Shown here one piece after another: positions 7,801 to 16,291 of a DNA stretch of 32,000 bases (position 1 is the stretch's first letter; each line of letters opens with the position of its first letter). This stretch comes from Mycolicibacterium smegmatis (GTDB taxonomy: Bacteria; Actinomycetota; Actinomycetes; Mycobacteriales; Mycobacteriaceae). The stretch is from NCBI RefSeq assembly GCF_001457595.1, contig NZ_LN831039.1, forward strand, positions 3,120,001 through 3,152,000, in the 5' to 3' direction. The translations under genes and the position numbers were made by a program. Under the pieces are notes generated by a model that worked only from the letters and a program-made list of their open reading frames with translations, was not told where the DNA came from and ran no database searches.

Positions 7801-8337
7801 CTACATCTCTGCGACGTCGTGCCCGTGGTGGACGATGTCGTGCAGGTGGTAGAGCGCGATGGTCGCGATGGTGAATTCGCTGCCGTTGCTGCGCAGTCCG
7901 CGCCGTGACCACGCGTCCTCGGGCACGCCGTCATAGGTGTCGGCGACCACCGTGGCGGCGTCGTACACCTCGGTGGCGACCACCGCCGGATCCTGCGACG
8001 CGTAGCCGTCGGCGATGGCGGTGGCATCCTGGTCCCAGTTGGGGAACCGGGGATCGGTCTCGGTGAGCATCAACCGCACCCGGGAATCGAAGATGCGGTG
8101 CACATCGCGGACGTGGCAGCCGTATTCGAGCACCGACCACATGTCGGGCCTCGTGCGCTGGGCGGCGCCCGAGCGGGTGAGGCGCTGCACCCACGCGGTG
8201 GCGTCGTCACGGATGCGCCCGGCCACCTCGGTGTGGTGCACGCTCGACGGATCGAACCCGCATTCCGGGCACGGCCGCTGCAGCACCCAGGTCCAGTCCT
8301 TGGTGTCGGGTTCGATGGGGTCGACGTCGGAGGTCAT
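7801..8337 (-). CDS. DinB-family (DinB_2 / mycothiol-dependent-enzyme-like) metal-binding protein
   Basis: Four-helix DinB-type His pattern: CHVRDVHRIF and a C-terminal LYHLHDIVHHGHD. Its stop abuts the thioesterase stop with zero spacer. Confidence 0.7.
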   Translation of the reverse strand: MTSDVDPIEPDTKDWTWVLQRPCPECGFDPSSVHHTEVAGRIRDDATAWVQRLTRSGAAQRTRPDMWSVLEYGCHVRDVHRIFDSRVRLMLTETDPRFPNWDQDATAIADGYASQDPAVVATEVYDAATVVADTYDGVPEDAWSRRGLRSNGSEFTIATIALYHLHDIVHHGHDVAEM

Positions 8338-8361
8338 CTGCCCAGTGTCCCCGGCGTCCGG

Positions 8362-10026
8362 TCAGGCCGCCAGAGCCGAGCGCAGCACGTCGAGCGGCAG
8401 TCCGCCCAGATCGAGCGCGCGGCTGTGGAATTCACGCATCGTCAGCCCGCGGCGCACGCTGTCCTCGCGCAGTTCGTGCCAGATCCGCTGGCCGATGGCG
8501 TACGACGGCGCCTGGCCCGGCCAGCCGAGGTAGCGGTCGAGTTCGAACTGCAGGTTCTCCTCGGCCATCGCCGAATGCGAGGTCAGGAAGTTCCACGCAC
8601 GTTCGGCGTCCCACACCTCACCGTCGGGTGCCGTGAGCCCGCAGTGCACACCGATGTCGATGACCACGCGCGCGGCGCGGAACCGCTGCGCGTCGAGCAT
8701 GCCCATGCGGTTGCCCGGATCGTCGAGCCAGCCGAGTTCGGCCATGAGGCGTTCGGCATACAGTGCCCAGCCCTCACCGTGGCCCGACACCCAGCACCCC
8801 AGGCGGCGCCACCGGTTGAGACGCTCGGCCAGGGCGACCGCGCGCCCGATCTGCAGGTGATGGCCGGGTACGCCCTCGTGGAACACCGTGGTCGTTTCCT
8901 GCCACGTGTGGAACTGGTCGACCCCGGGCGGCACCGACCACCACATCCGGCCCGGACGGCTCCAATCCTCCGACGGGCCCGTGTAGTAGATGCCGCCGGT
9001 CTGGGTCGGGGCGATGCGGCACTCGAGCCTGCGCAGCGGGCCGTCGATGTCGAAATGTGTTCCGGCCAGCGAATCCACGGCACGGTCGGACAGGTCCTGC
9101 ATCCACGCCTGCAATGCATCGGTTCCGGTGACGACGTAGCGCGGTTCCTCGTCGAGGCGGCGCAACGTCTCGGCCACCGTGGCGCCCGGGTAGAGCTCCT
9201 GGGCGATCGATTCCTGTTCGGCGACAATGGCGTCGAGCAGGTTCAGACCCCACTCGTAGGACTCGTCGAGGTCGGCCTCGGTGCCCAGGAACGCGCGCGA
9301 CAGCAGGCGGTAGGCGTCGCGTCCGCACGCGTCGTACTTGCGCGCCCGCGGCGCGACATCGTCGCGCAGGACTGTGCCGAGGTAGAGATACGCGTCGGCC
9401 GCCGCCGCGGCGCGCTCACGCAATTCGTCGACCGGGGCCGAGTCCGGGGCGCCGGACACCATGTCCACGAACAGTTTCTGGATCTGTTCGGTCTGCGCGA
9501 TGCCGCGCTGGACCTGTCGGATCGCCGGCGGGTCGTCGCCGGCCACGCGGGCCCGCAGCGCGGCCGCGTAGTTCTCGACCCGTTCGGGGATCCTGGCCAG
9601 ACGTGCGGAGACCACCGCCCAGTCCTCGGCGGTGTCGGTGGCCATCAGGTCGAACACGTCGCGCATCGACTGCAGCGGCGACGCGATCACGTTCAGTTCG
9701 CCGAGATCCAGGCCCGCGTCGTGCAGTTCGACCGCGACGCCGAGGCGTTCGCGCATCGCGGCGATGGTCACGACGTCGACGTCGTCGACCGGTTTGGCAC
9801 CGTCGAGTTCGCGCAGCGTGGCGCGGGCGGCCTCGGCGCGGGCCGCCACGCCGTCGGGGGAGTAGTCGGTGATGTCGTCGTCGTGCCCGGCGATCCCCAA
9901 TTCGGTGGCCGCACAGGGGTCCAGGCGCGCGTAGGTGTCGAGGTAGCGTTCTGCGATCTCGTCGACCGCGGTCTTCGCCCTAGCCAAGATCGTTGGTCGC
10001 GAACGTGTCGCACTTGTTGGGATCAC
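8362..10026 (-). CDS. DUF885 family protein (metallopeptidase-like fold)
   Basis: Conserved DUF885 motif HEGVPGHHLQ and overall length. Start is ambiguous: GTG at 10026 gives a 47-nt overlap with the upstream gene, TTG at 9987 gives an 8-nt overlap. Confidence 0.8.
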   Translation of the reverse strand: MIPTSATRSRPTILARAKTAVDEIAERYLDTYARLDPCAATELGIAGHDDDITDYSPDGVAARAEAARATLRELDGAKPVDDVDVVTIAAMRERLGVAVELHDAGLDLGELNVIASPLQSMRDVFDLMATDTAEDWAVVSARLARIPERVENYAAALRARVAGDDPPAIRQVQRGIAQTEQIQKLFVDMVSGAPDSAPVDELRERAAAAADAYLYLGTVLRDDVAPRARKYDACGRDAYRLLSRAFLGTEADLDESYEWGLNLLDAIVAEQESIAQELYPGATVAETLRRLDEEPRYVVTGTDALQAWMQDLSDRAVDSLAGTHFDIDGPLRRLECRIAPTQTGGIYYTGPSEDWSRPGRMWWSVPPGVDQFHTWQETTTVFHEGVPGHHLQIGRAVALAERLNRWRRLGCWVSGHGEGWALYAERLMAELGWLDDPGNRMGMLDAQRFRAARVVIDIGVHCGLTAPDGEVWDAERAWNFLTSHSAMAEENLQFELDRYLGWPGQAPSYAIGQRIWHELREDSVRRGLTMREFHSRALDLGGLPLDVLRSALAA

Positions 10027-10873
10027 CGGTGCGGTAGCCCTCGGTGAACCATTTCTGACGTTGTGCCGACGAGCCGTGTGTCCAGGCTTCCGGGTTCACC
10101 CGCCCGGTCGCCGACTGCTGGATACGGTCGTCGCCGACCGAAGCCGCGGCCGACAGCGCGTCGGCGATGTCCTTGTCGCTCAACGGCTCCAGGAACGGGA
10201 CGCCGGTGCTCTCCTGACGGGTGATGGAGGCGTAGTGAGCCCACACACCCGCGTAGCAATCGGCCTGCAGTTCGGTGCGCACGCCCGCGCCGGTGGCGCC
10301 CTCGGGGTCTCGCTGCGCCCGGCCCAGCACACCGAGCAGGTTCTGCACGTGGTGGCCGAACTCGTGCGCCACGACGTATTCCTGTGCGAGCGGGCCACCG
10401 CTGGAGCCGAACTGTGTCTTGAGTACGTCGAAGAAGTCGGTGTCGAAGTAGGCGGTCTTGTCGACCGGGCAGTAGAACGGACCCACGTCGCTGGTCGCGG
10501 TGCCGCACCCGGTGTTGACCTGGCCGGTGAACAGGCGCACCTGCGGCCGCTGATACCCCTGCAGCAGTTGCTGCCAGACGCCGTCGACCGAGTTGCCGGT
10601 GGCCACCACGCGGCATTGCACGATCTCGTTGGCGTCGGCGCCGGTTCGGCACTGGCTCAGATCGAAACCGCCGGCCTCGGCGCCCTCGGAGTCCATTTGC
10701 TGCTGCTGGGGCAGAACCTGGCCGGGATCGACGCCGAGGAAGAGCGCGAGCACGACGATAAGCAGACCGCCCAGGCCACCTCCGATGGCCATCCCCCGAC
10801 CCGGACCACGGCGACCACCGCCACTGGTCGAGGTGGTGCTCGTGTCGATCTGCATACCCTCGTTGAAGGTCAT
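9980..10873 (-). CDS. YpfJ-family membrane-anchored neutral zinc metallopeptidase
   Basis: Gly-rich N-terminus followed by one TM segment (GGLLIVVLALFLGV). FYCPVDKTAYFD and the zincin motif AHEFGHHVQ are present. GGAG lies 7 nt upstream of the ATG at 10871-10873. Confidence 0.85.
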   Translation of the reverse strand: MTFNEGMQIDTSTTSTSGGGRRGPGRGMAIGGGLGGLLIVVLALFLGVDPGQVLPQQQQMDSEGAEAGGFDLSQCRTGADANEIVQCRVVATGNSVDGVWQQLLQGYQRPQVRLFTGQVNTGCGTATSDVGPFYCPVDKTAYFDTDFFDVLKTQFGSSGGPLAQEYVVAHEFGHHVQNLLGVLGRAQRDPEGATGAGVRTELQADCYAGVWAHYASITRQESTGVPFLEPLSDKDIADALSAAASVGDDRIQQSATGRVNPEAWTHGSSAQRQKWFTEGYRTGDPNKCDTFATNDLG

Positions 10874-10945
10874 CGCATTGCTCCATCGCCTTCGCGCTCA
10901 CGCCGTGTTTGCGGCTCGTTCAGCTTGCCACACTACGATTCAGGC

Positions 10946-12421
10946 GTGTCCGTCGTCGCGGAACATTCGACCATCGCCCACACTTCGCTGGGCACGCTGC
11001 GCGGAACGCTCGAGGCCGGCGTCAGCGTCTGGCGCGGTGTCCACTATGCGCAGCAGCCTGTCGGCGATTTGCGGTTTCGTGCGCCGCAGCCACTGCAACC
11101 GTGGTCAGGCGTCCGTGAAGCCGTCGAGCACGGCCCTTTGCCGCCGCAGGGGCGATCGTTCGTCGGTGGCGGGCGCGACGACCCCAAGATGCGCGACGAG
11201 GCCTGCCTGACCGTCACCGTATGGTCGCCCGACACCTCCGGTGCGCTGCCGGTGATGGTGTGGATCCCGGGCGGGGCATTCGTCTACGGCGCAGGTCAGC
11301 TGCAGCTCTACAACGGCTCGCGGCTGGCGGCCAACGGCAACGTCGTCGTGGTCAACGTCACCTACCGGCTCGGTGTGTTCGGTGGATTCGAACTGGGTGA
11401 TCTCGCCGGTGATTTCTCCGACAACCTGTGTCTGCGCGATCAGCTCGCGGCGCTGCAGTGGGTCCGTGACAACATCGCCGCGTTCGGCGGCGATCCGAAG
11501 CGGGTCACGGTGTTCGGTGAATCCGCCGGTGCCACATCGGTGTTGGCGCTGCTCGCCAGCCCCTCCGCCGAGGGACTGTTCGCACGCGCGATCGCGCAGA
11601 GCCCGGCGCTGCCACTGATCGCCGACCGCGACGTGCGTGCCAGACAGGCGCACCGCTTCCTCGAGATCGTCGGCGAGGACCCGGCGAAACTGCGTGACCT
11701 GCCGCAGAAGCAACTTCGCCGCGCGGCCGGGCAGGTGCAACTGGAGAGCGCGCAACACACCCCGACACTCGCGTACGGCCTGACCCACGGCGTCGACCTG
11801 CTGCCGCGCCATCCCATCGACGCCGCGCGGGCCGGCGAGGTGCTGCCGGTTCCGCTGATCATCGGCACCAACAGCCACGAGGCATCGATGTTCGCGTGGG
11901 GCAAGCCGCCCATGCTGCCCACCACCGTGGCCGGCGTCGAGCACTATTTCCGGCGCAAGCACGCCGGGGCCAAGGACCGGATCCTGTCGGCGTATCCGGC
12001 CTTCCCGCGTCGCCGCGCGCTGGTCGCGTTCGGATCCGACGTCATGTTCGGGGCGCCCACCTGGGCGTTCAGCGACGCCTACAGTGCGCACGCACCCACG
12101 CACGTGTACCGGTTCGACCACACCACGTGGACGCTTCGGGCCCTGGGGCTCGGCGCGACCCACGGCAGCGAGATCGTGCACATCCAGCACAGCTACGGGT
12201 CGTACCTGGGCCGCAGACTGCACCCGCTGGGCAGGCACGTCCAGCCGTCGGTCGGCAGGCGCATGCAGCGCACATGGCTGGATTTCGCGCGTGCGGAGAT
12301 CGCCGACTGGCCGTTCTACGACACCGAGCGCCGTCTCACGCGCGTCATCCGGTCGACGCGCGACGACACCGTCGCCGATCCCGATGCGTTGCGGCGCGCG
12401 GTGTGGGAGGGGCTTTACTAG
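10946..12421 (+). CDS. Type-B carboxylesterase / para-nitrobenzyl-esterase family
   Basis: Motifs: GVHYAQQPVGDLRF, VWIPGGAF, and the nucleophile elbow FGESAGA. Start is taken as GTG 10946 (VSVVAEHST). TACGAT at 10934-10939 is a -10-like hexamer 6 nt upstream, so the mRNA may be leaderless. Confidence 0.9.
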   Translation: MSVVAEHSTIAHTSLGTLRGTLEAGVSVWRGVHYAQQPVGDLRFRAPQPLQPWSGVREAVEHGPLPPQGRSFVGGGRDDPKMRDEACLTVTVWSPDTSGALPVMVWIPGGAFVYGAGQLQLYNGSRLAANGNVVVVNVTYRLGVFGGFELGDLAGDFSDNLCLRDQLAALQWVRDNIAAFGGDPKRVTVFGESAGATSVLALLASPSAEGLFARAIAQSPALPLIADRDVRARQAHRFLEIVGEDPAKLRDLPQKQLRRAAGQVQLESAQHTPTLAYGLTHGVDLLPRHPIDAARAGEVLPVPLIIGTNSHEASMFAWGKPPMLPTTVAGVEHYFRRKHAGAKDRILSAYPAFPRRRALVAFGSDVMFGAPTWAFSDAYSAHAPTHVYRFDHTTWTLRALGLGATHGSEIVHIQHSYGSYLGRRLHPLGRHVQPSVGRRMQRTWLDFARAEIADWPFYDTERRLTRVIRSTRDDTVADPDALRRAVWEGLY

Positions 12422-12924
12422 CCGACCGGGTAGCGCGCGTCGCTGTAACGGCGCAGGTTGTTCAGGAAACGCTGGAACAGCCACGCCATCACGGGCCGGC
12501 CCAGCAGCATCCCCAAACGCCCGGCCGGGCCGCTCGGCTGGATCGCCATCACCCAGGTCAGGTGGCAGCCCTGCGGTGTGTCGACCACGCGGTAGTCCTC
12601 GGCGAACGCCGAGATGGCGCTCGACGTCGTGGTGTTGAACCGGAACGCCATGTGCGAGAACGGCTCCCAGGCGAGGAACTGCTCGTGTCCGACGATGTTG
12701 CCGCGCATGCGCACGGTGCGCGTGGTACCGACTCCGCGCGGTTGCGGACTGGTCCACTCCACGTCGGTGATCACCGTCGCCCACTTCGGCCACGACGTCT
12801 CGTCGGCCAGCACCTCGAACAACTGCTCGCCGGTGATCGCCAGGTCGACGGTGCTCACGAAGCGGAACGGGGCACGGTCGATGAAGTCGAGGTCGACGCG
12901 TTCACACTCGTAGGTCCGGGCCAT
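12418..12924 (-). CDS. SRPBCC (START/Bet v1-like, polyketide-cyclase-type) family protein
   Basis: 168 aa with the typical SRPBCC pattern: FEVLADETSWPKW, GVGTTRTV. Its stop shares the palindrome CTAG with the carboxylesterase stop at 12418-12421. Confidence 0.7.
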   Translation of the reverse strand: MARTYECERVDLDFIDRAPFRFVSTVDLAITGEQLFEVLADETSWPKWATVITDVEWTSPQPRGVGTTRTVRMRGNIVGHEQFLAWEPFSHMAFRFNTTTSSAISAFAEDYRVVDTPQGCHLTWVMAIQPSGPAGRLGMLLGRPVMAWLFQRFLNNLRRYSDARYPVG

Positions 12925-12955
12925 GAGTAGACACTGTAGGGGAAAGTGTCTACTC
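12925..12955. promoter_or_regulatory. 11-bp perfect inverted repeat directly abutting the SRPBCC start codon
   Basis: GAGTAGACACT (12925-12935), 9-nt spacer, AGTGTCTACTC (12945-12955). The left arm begins one base after the start codon at 12922-12924. Confidence 0.5.
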
Positions 12956-13009
12956 GGGGTCGCGATCGGTTGTTCGCCATCGCCACGTCGGCAGTGTGGA
13001 CCGACTCTC

Positions 13010-13023
13010 TAGACTGATCAGTC
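13010..13023 (+). promoter_or_regulatory. Candidate aspS promoter -10 (TAGACT) overlapping the 12-bp palindrome GACTGATCAGTC
   Basis: TAGACT at 13010-13015 fits TANNNT. The perfect palindrome GACTGATCAGTC is at 13012-13023. Both lie about 30-40 nt upstream of the aspS GTG, and AAGGAG follows at 13041-13046. Confidence 0.35.
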
Positions 13024-13052
13024 GTCCCACCCGTCTTCACAAGGAGTACTTC

Positions 13053-14849
13053 GTGCTGCGCACTCATGCCGCCGGTTCGTTGCGGCCCGCCGACGCCGGT
13101 CAGACGGTGACGTTGGCGGGATGGGTGGCGCGTCGCCGTGATCACGGCGGCGTCATCTTCATCGACCTGCGCGACGCGTCCGGGGTGTCGCAGGTGGTGT
13201 TCCGCGAGGGCGACGTCCTCGCGGCCGCGCACAGGCTGCGCGCCGAGTTCTGCGTCGCGGTGACCGGCGTCGTCGAGGTCCGTCCCGAGGGCAACGAGAA
13301 CCCCGAGATCCCCACCGGGCAGATCGAGGTCAACGCCACCGAGCTGACTGTGCTGGGCGAGAGCGCGCCGTTGCCGTTCCAGCTCGACGAGCAGGCCGGC
13401 GAGGAAGCGCGCCTGAAGTACCGCTACCTGGACCTGCGCCGCGAAGGCCCCGGCAACGCACTGCGGCTGCGGTCGAAGGTCAACGCCGCCGCACGGTCCG
13501 TGCTCGCCGAACACGACTTCGTCGAGATCGAGACCCCGACGCTGACGCGATCGACGCCCGAGGGCGCCCGCGACTTCCTGGTGCCCGCGCGCCTGCAGCC
13601 CGGCTCGTTCTACGCGCTGCCGCAGAGCCCGCAGCTGTTCAAGCAGCTGCTGATGGTCGCGGGCATGGAGCGCTACTACCAGATCGCACGCTGCTACCGC
13701 GACGAGGACTTCCGCGCCGATCGTCAGCCCGAGTTCACCCAGCTCGACATGGAGATGAGCTTCGTCGAGGCCGACGACGTCATCGCGATCTCCGAGCAGG
13801 TCCTCAAGGCCGTGTGGGCCACGATCGGCTACGACCTGCCGCTGCCGCTTCCGCGGATCAGCTACGAAGAGGCCATGCGCCGCTTCGGCTCCGACAAGCC
13901 CGATCTGCGCTTCGGCATCGAACTCGTCGAGTGCACCGAGTACTTCAAAGACACGACGTTCCGCGTTTTCCAGGCGCCGTACGTCGGCGCCGTCGTGATG
14001 CCCGGCGGCGCGTCGCAGCCCCGCCGCACGCTCGACGGCTGGCAGGAGTTCGCCAAGCAGCGCGGGCACAAGGGCCTGGCGTACGTGCTCGTCGGCGAGG
14101 ACGGAACCCTCGGCGGGCCGGTGGCCAAGAACCTGTCCGACGCCGAACGCGACGGGCTGGTCGCGCACGTCGGCGCCAACCCGGGTGACTGCATCTTCTT
14201 CGCGGCAGGTCCCGCCAAGGGTGCCCGCGCGCTGCTCGGCGCCACCCGCATCGAGATCGCCAAGCGCCTCGACCTCATCGACCCGAACGCCTGGGCGTTC
14301 ACCTGGGTGGTCGACTTCCCGATGTTCGAGGCCGCCGACGAGGCCACGGCCGCCGGTGACGTCGCCGTCGGCTCGGGCGCCTGGACCGCGATGCACCACG
14401 CGTTCACCGCGCCCAAGCCCGACTCCGTCGACACGTTCGACTCCGATCCCGGCAACGCGCTGTCCGACGCCTACGACATCGTGTGCAACGGCAACGAGAT
14501 CGGTGGCGGCTCGATCCGTATCCACCGCCGTGACATCCAGGAGCGGGTGTTCGCGATGATGGGCATCGATCACGACGAGGCCCAGGAGAAGTTCGGGTTC
14601 CTGCTCGACGCGTTCTCCTACGGCGCCCCGCCGCACGGCGGCATCGCGTTCGGCTGGGATCGCATCACCGCACTGCTCGCCGGGGTCGATTCGATCCGCG
14701 AGGTCATCGCGTTCCCCAAGTCCGGTGGCGGGGTCGACCCGCTGACCGACGCGCCCGCACCGATCACGCCGCAGCAGCGCAAGGAATCCGGGATCGACGC
14801 CAAACCCAGGGAAGACAAGCCGAAGGAAGACGCCAAGTCAAAGGCGTGA
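13053..14849 (+). CDS. aspS: Aspartate--tRNA ligase (aspartyl-tRNA synthetase, bacterial type)
   Basis: Class IIb aaRS motifs: [23 protein letters not shown] (OB fold), [18 protein letters not shown] (motif 2), [26 protein letters not shown] (motif 3). Start is GTG 13053, 6 nt after AAGGAG. The track ORF begins earlier at 12996. Confidence 0.97.
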   Translation: MLRTHAAGSLRPADAGQTVTLAGWVARRRDHGGVIFIDLRDASGVSQVVFREGDVLAAAHRLRAEFCVAVTGVVEVRPEGNENPEIPTGQIEVNATELTVLGESAPLPFQLDEQAGEEARLKYRYLDLRREGPGNALRLRSKVNAAARSVLAEHDFVEIETPTLTRSTPEGARDFLVPARLQPGSFYALPQSPQLFKQLLMVAGMERYYQIARCYRDEDFRADRQPEFTQLDMEMSFVEADDVIAISEQVLKAVWATIGYDLPLPLPRISYEEAMRRFGSDKPDLRFGIELVECTEYFKDTTFRVFQAPYVGAVVMPGGASQPRRTLDGWQEFAKQRGHKGLAYVLVGEDGTLGGPVAKNLSDAERDGLVAHVGANPGDCIFFAAGPAKGARALLGATRIEIAKRLDLIDPNAWAFTWVVDFPMFEAADEATAAGDVAVGSGAWTAMHHAFTAPKPDSVDTFDSDPGNALSDAYDIVCNGNEIGGGSIRIHRRDIQERVFAMMGIDHDEAQEKFGFLLDAFSYGAPPHGGIAFGWDRITALLAGVDSIREVIAFPKSGGGVDPLTDAPAPITPQQRKESGIDAKPREDKPKEDAKSKA

Positions 14850-14892
14850 TCACGGCAGGGAATACGTCCGCGGCAGGAAGGCTTGTGCAGGC

Positions 14893-15348
14893 ATGACCGA
14901 CGATTCGATCGACAAGGAAAAGCTGTACTCCGACACTGCCGCGCTGGACGACTTCAACAGCAAGGTGGTCGAGGAGTTCCGGGCCAACGGCGGCAAGGTC
15001 GGCGGACCGTTCGAGAACGGCACCCTGCTGTTGCTGCACACCACCGGCGCTAAGTCCGGGCAGCCCCGGGTGTCACCGCTGGCGTATCTCCCGGTCGACG
15101 GCAAGATCCTCATCGTCGGCTCGTACGCGGGCGGGCCCAAGCACCCGGCGTGGGTGCACAACCTGCGGGCGAACCCGAACGCGCACATCGAGATCGGCAC
15201 CGAGGCCTACGACGTCGTCGCTCGTGAACTGCCCGACGACGAACGTGACGCGACCTACCCCAAGATCGTTGAGATCGCGCCGGTGTTCGCCGAGTACCAG
15301 GCCAACACCACCCGCCAGATCCCGCTGTTCGAATTGATCCGCGCCTAG
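14893..15348 (+). CDS. Deazaflavin (F420H2)-dependent nitroreductase/oxidoreductase, Ddn family
   Basis: Family hallmarks: NSKVVEEFRANGGKVGG, LLHTTGAKSGQPRVSPL, GGPKHPAWVHNLRANP. Confidence 0.85.
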   Translation: MTDDSIDKEKLYSDTAALDDFNSKVVEEFRANGGKVGGPFENGTLLLLHTTGAKSGQPRVSPLAYLPVDGKILIVGSYAGGPKHPAWVHNLRANPNAHIEIGTEAYDVVARELPDDERDATYPKIVEIAPVFAEYQANTTRQIPLFELIRA

Positions 15349-15349
15349 G

Positions 15350-16291
15350 TCAGTCGAAGAGCGCGCGCAGGCGCAGCAACTGCTCGTCGCGCCACAACAC
15401 GCGTGCGTCCCAGTCGTCGAGATCGAGCAGTTTGCGCCGTTGTGCGGTGGCCTCGGCCACGAGACCGGGTGTCCACGGGTCGTGCTGGCCGCGTTCGGCG
15501 CCCATGCGCTCATAGGCCGGCCCCATCTTCTCGGCGTGTGACGCCAGGCCGCCGCGCGTGTTGAGGTCGCTCGTCTCGAACGGCCCCATGAACGCCCACC
15601 GCCGGCCGAGACCGCTGCGCACCACCTCGTCGATGTCGTCGACGGTCGCGACGCCGTCACGCAGCAGGCAATAGGACTCCCGCAGCAGCGCACCCTGCAG
15701 CCGGTTGAAGACGAACCCCTCGACCTCCCTGCGTACCGGCACCGGACGCAGACCCGCCGTGCGGTAGACCGACATCGTGGTCTCGACGATCTCCGGCGCC
15801 GTGGCCGGTCCGGGCACCACCTCGATCACGGGCAGCAGATATGGCGGGTTGCCCGGATGTCCGACGAGCACACGCCTGGCCACGTCGGCGGGAAGGTCGG
15901 CAGACAACGTGCTCGGTACGATCGCCGAGGTCGAACTGGCCAGTGGCACAGAACCATCCGTGAGGGACGCCGCGTCGCGCAGCAAGGGCACCTTGATCTC
16001 GGCGCGTTCTGGTGCGCACTCCTGCACGAAGCCGGCGCCGGTGACCGTGTCCGGGAGTGAGGTGGTGAACCGGATCCGCTCGATGATGAGGTCCGGATCC
16101 TCGTCCAACTGGCCGAACGCCTGCAACTGATCGAGTCTGCGGGCGAGATCGGCGCCGGCGCGTGGGTGTGCGGTCGGATCCGGGTCGAACACCGCGACCG
16201 GAAAACCTCTGGTGGCGAACAGGATCGCGAAGGACACGCCGATCGAGCCGGCACCGAGCAGCGCTGCGGAGGTGGACTGGTGCGATTTCAT
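15350..16291 (-). CDS. 3-hydroxyacyl-CoA dehydrogenase family protein (lambda-crystallin / L-gulonate- or L-carnitine-dehydrogenase-like)
   Basis: N-terminal Rossmann motif LLGAGSIGVSFA. The HADH central region VGHPGNPPYLLPVIEVV is present. ATG at 16289-16291 forms an ATGA overlap with the upstream stop. GTG 16297 is the alternative start. Confidence 0.8.
   Translation of the reverse strand: MKSHQSTSAALLGAGSIGVSFAILFATRGFPVAVFDPDPTAHPRAGADLARRLDQLQAFGQLDEDPDLIIERIRFTTSLPDTVTGAGFVQECAPERAEIKVPLLRDAASLTDGSVPLASSTSAIVPSTLSADLPADVARRVLVGHPGNPPYLLPVIEVVPGPATAPEIVETTMSVYRTAGLRPVPVRREVEGFVFNRLQGALLRESYCLLRDGVATVDDIDEVVRSGLGRRWAFMGPFETSDLNTRGGLASHAEKMGPAYERMGAERGQHDPWTPGLVAEATAQRRKLLDLDDWDARVLWRDEQLLRLRALFD

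Noticed and set aside
8098-10047. A 649-aa plus-strand ORF. Similar long mirror ORFs are at 147-1406 (-), 11105-12793 (-), 12855-14636 (-), 19118-20146 (-), 21705-22967 (-), 22567-23832 (-) and 28256-29815 (-).
   Set aside because: Each lies antisense to a gene with clear family motifs. Their translations are Arg/Gly/Pro/His-rich low-complexity strings with no recognisable motifs. Long stop-free antisense frames are expected at this GC content.
183-13021. The palindrome CTGATCAG is present in both the MFS promoter region (183-190) and the aspS upstream palindrome (13014-13021).
   Set aside because: It is only an 8-mer and the expected chance count in the window is a few tenths. There is no further shared context, so I do not claim a common regulator.
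14850-14892. A short direct repeat CGGCAGG(G)AA in the aspS / Ddn-like intergenic spacer.
   Set aside because: It has two imperfect 9-nt copies in a 43-nt spacer, with no palindromic structure and no room for a promoter plus operator. It is likely coincidental and purine-rich because it includes the ribosome-binding region.
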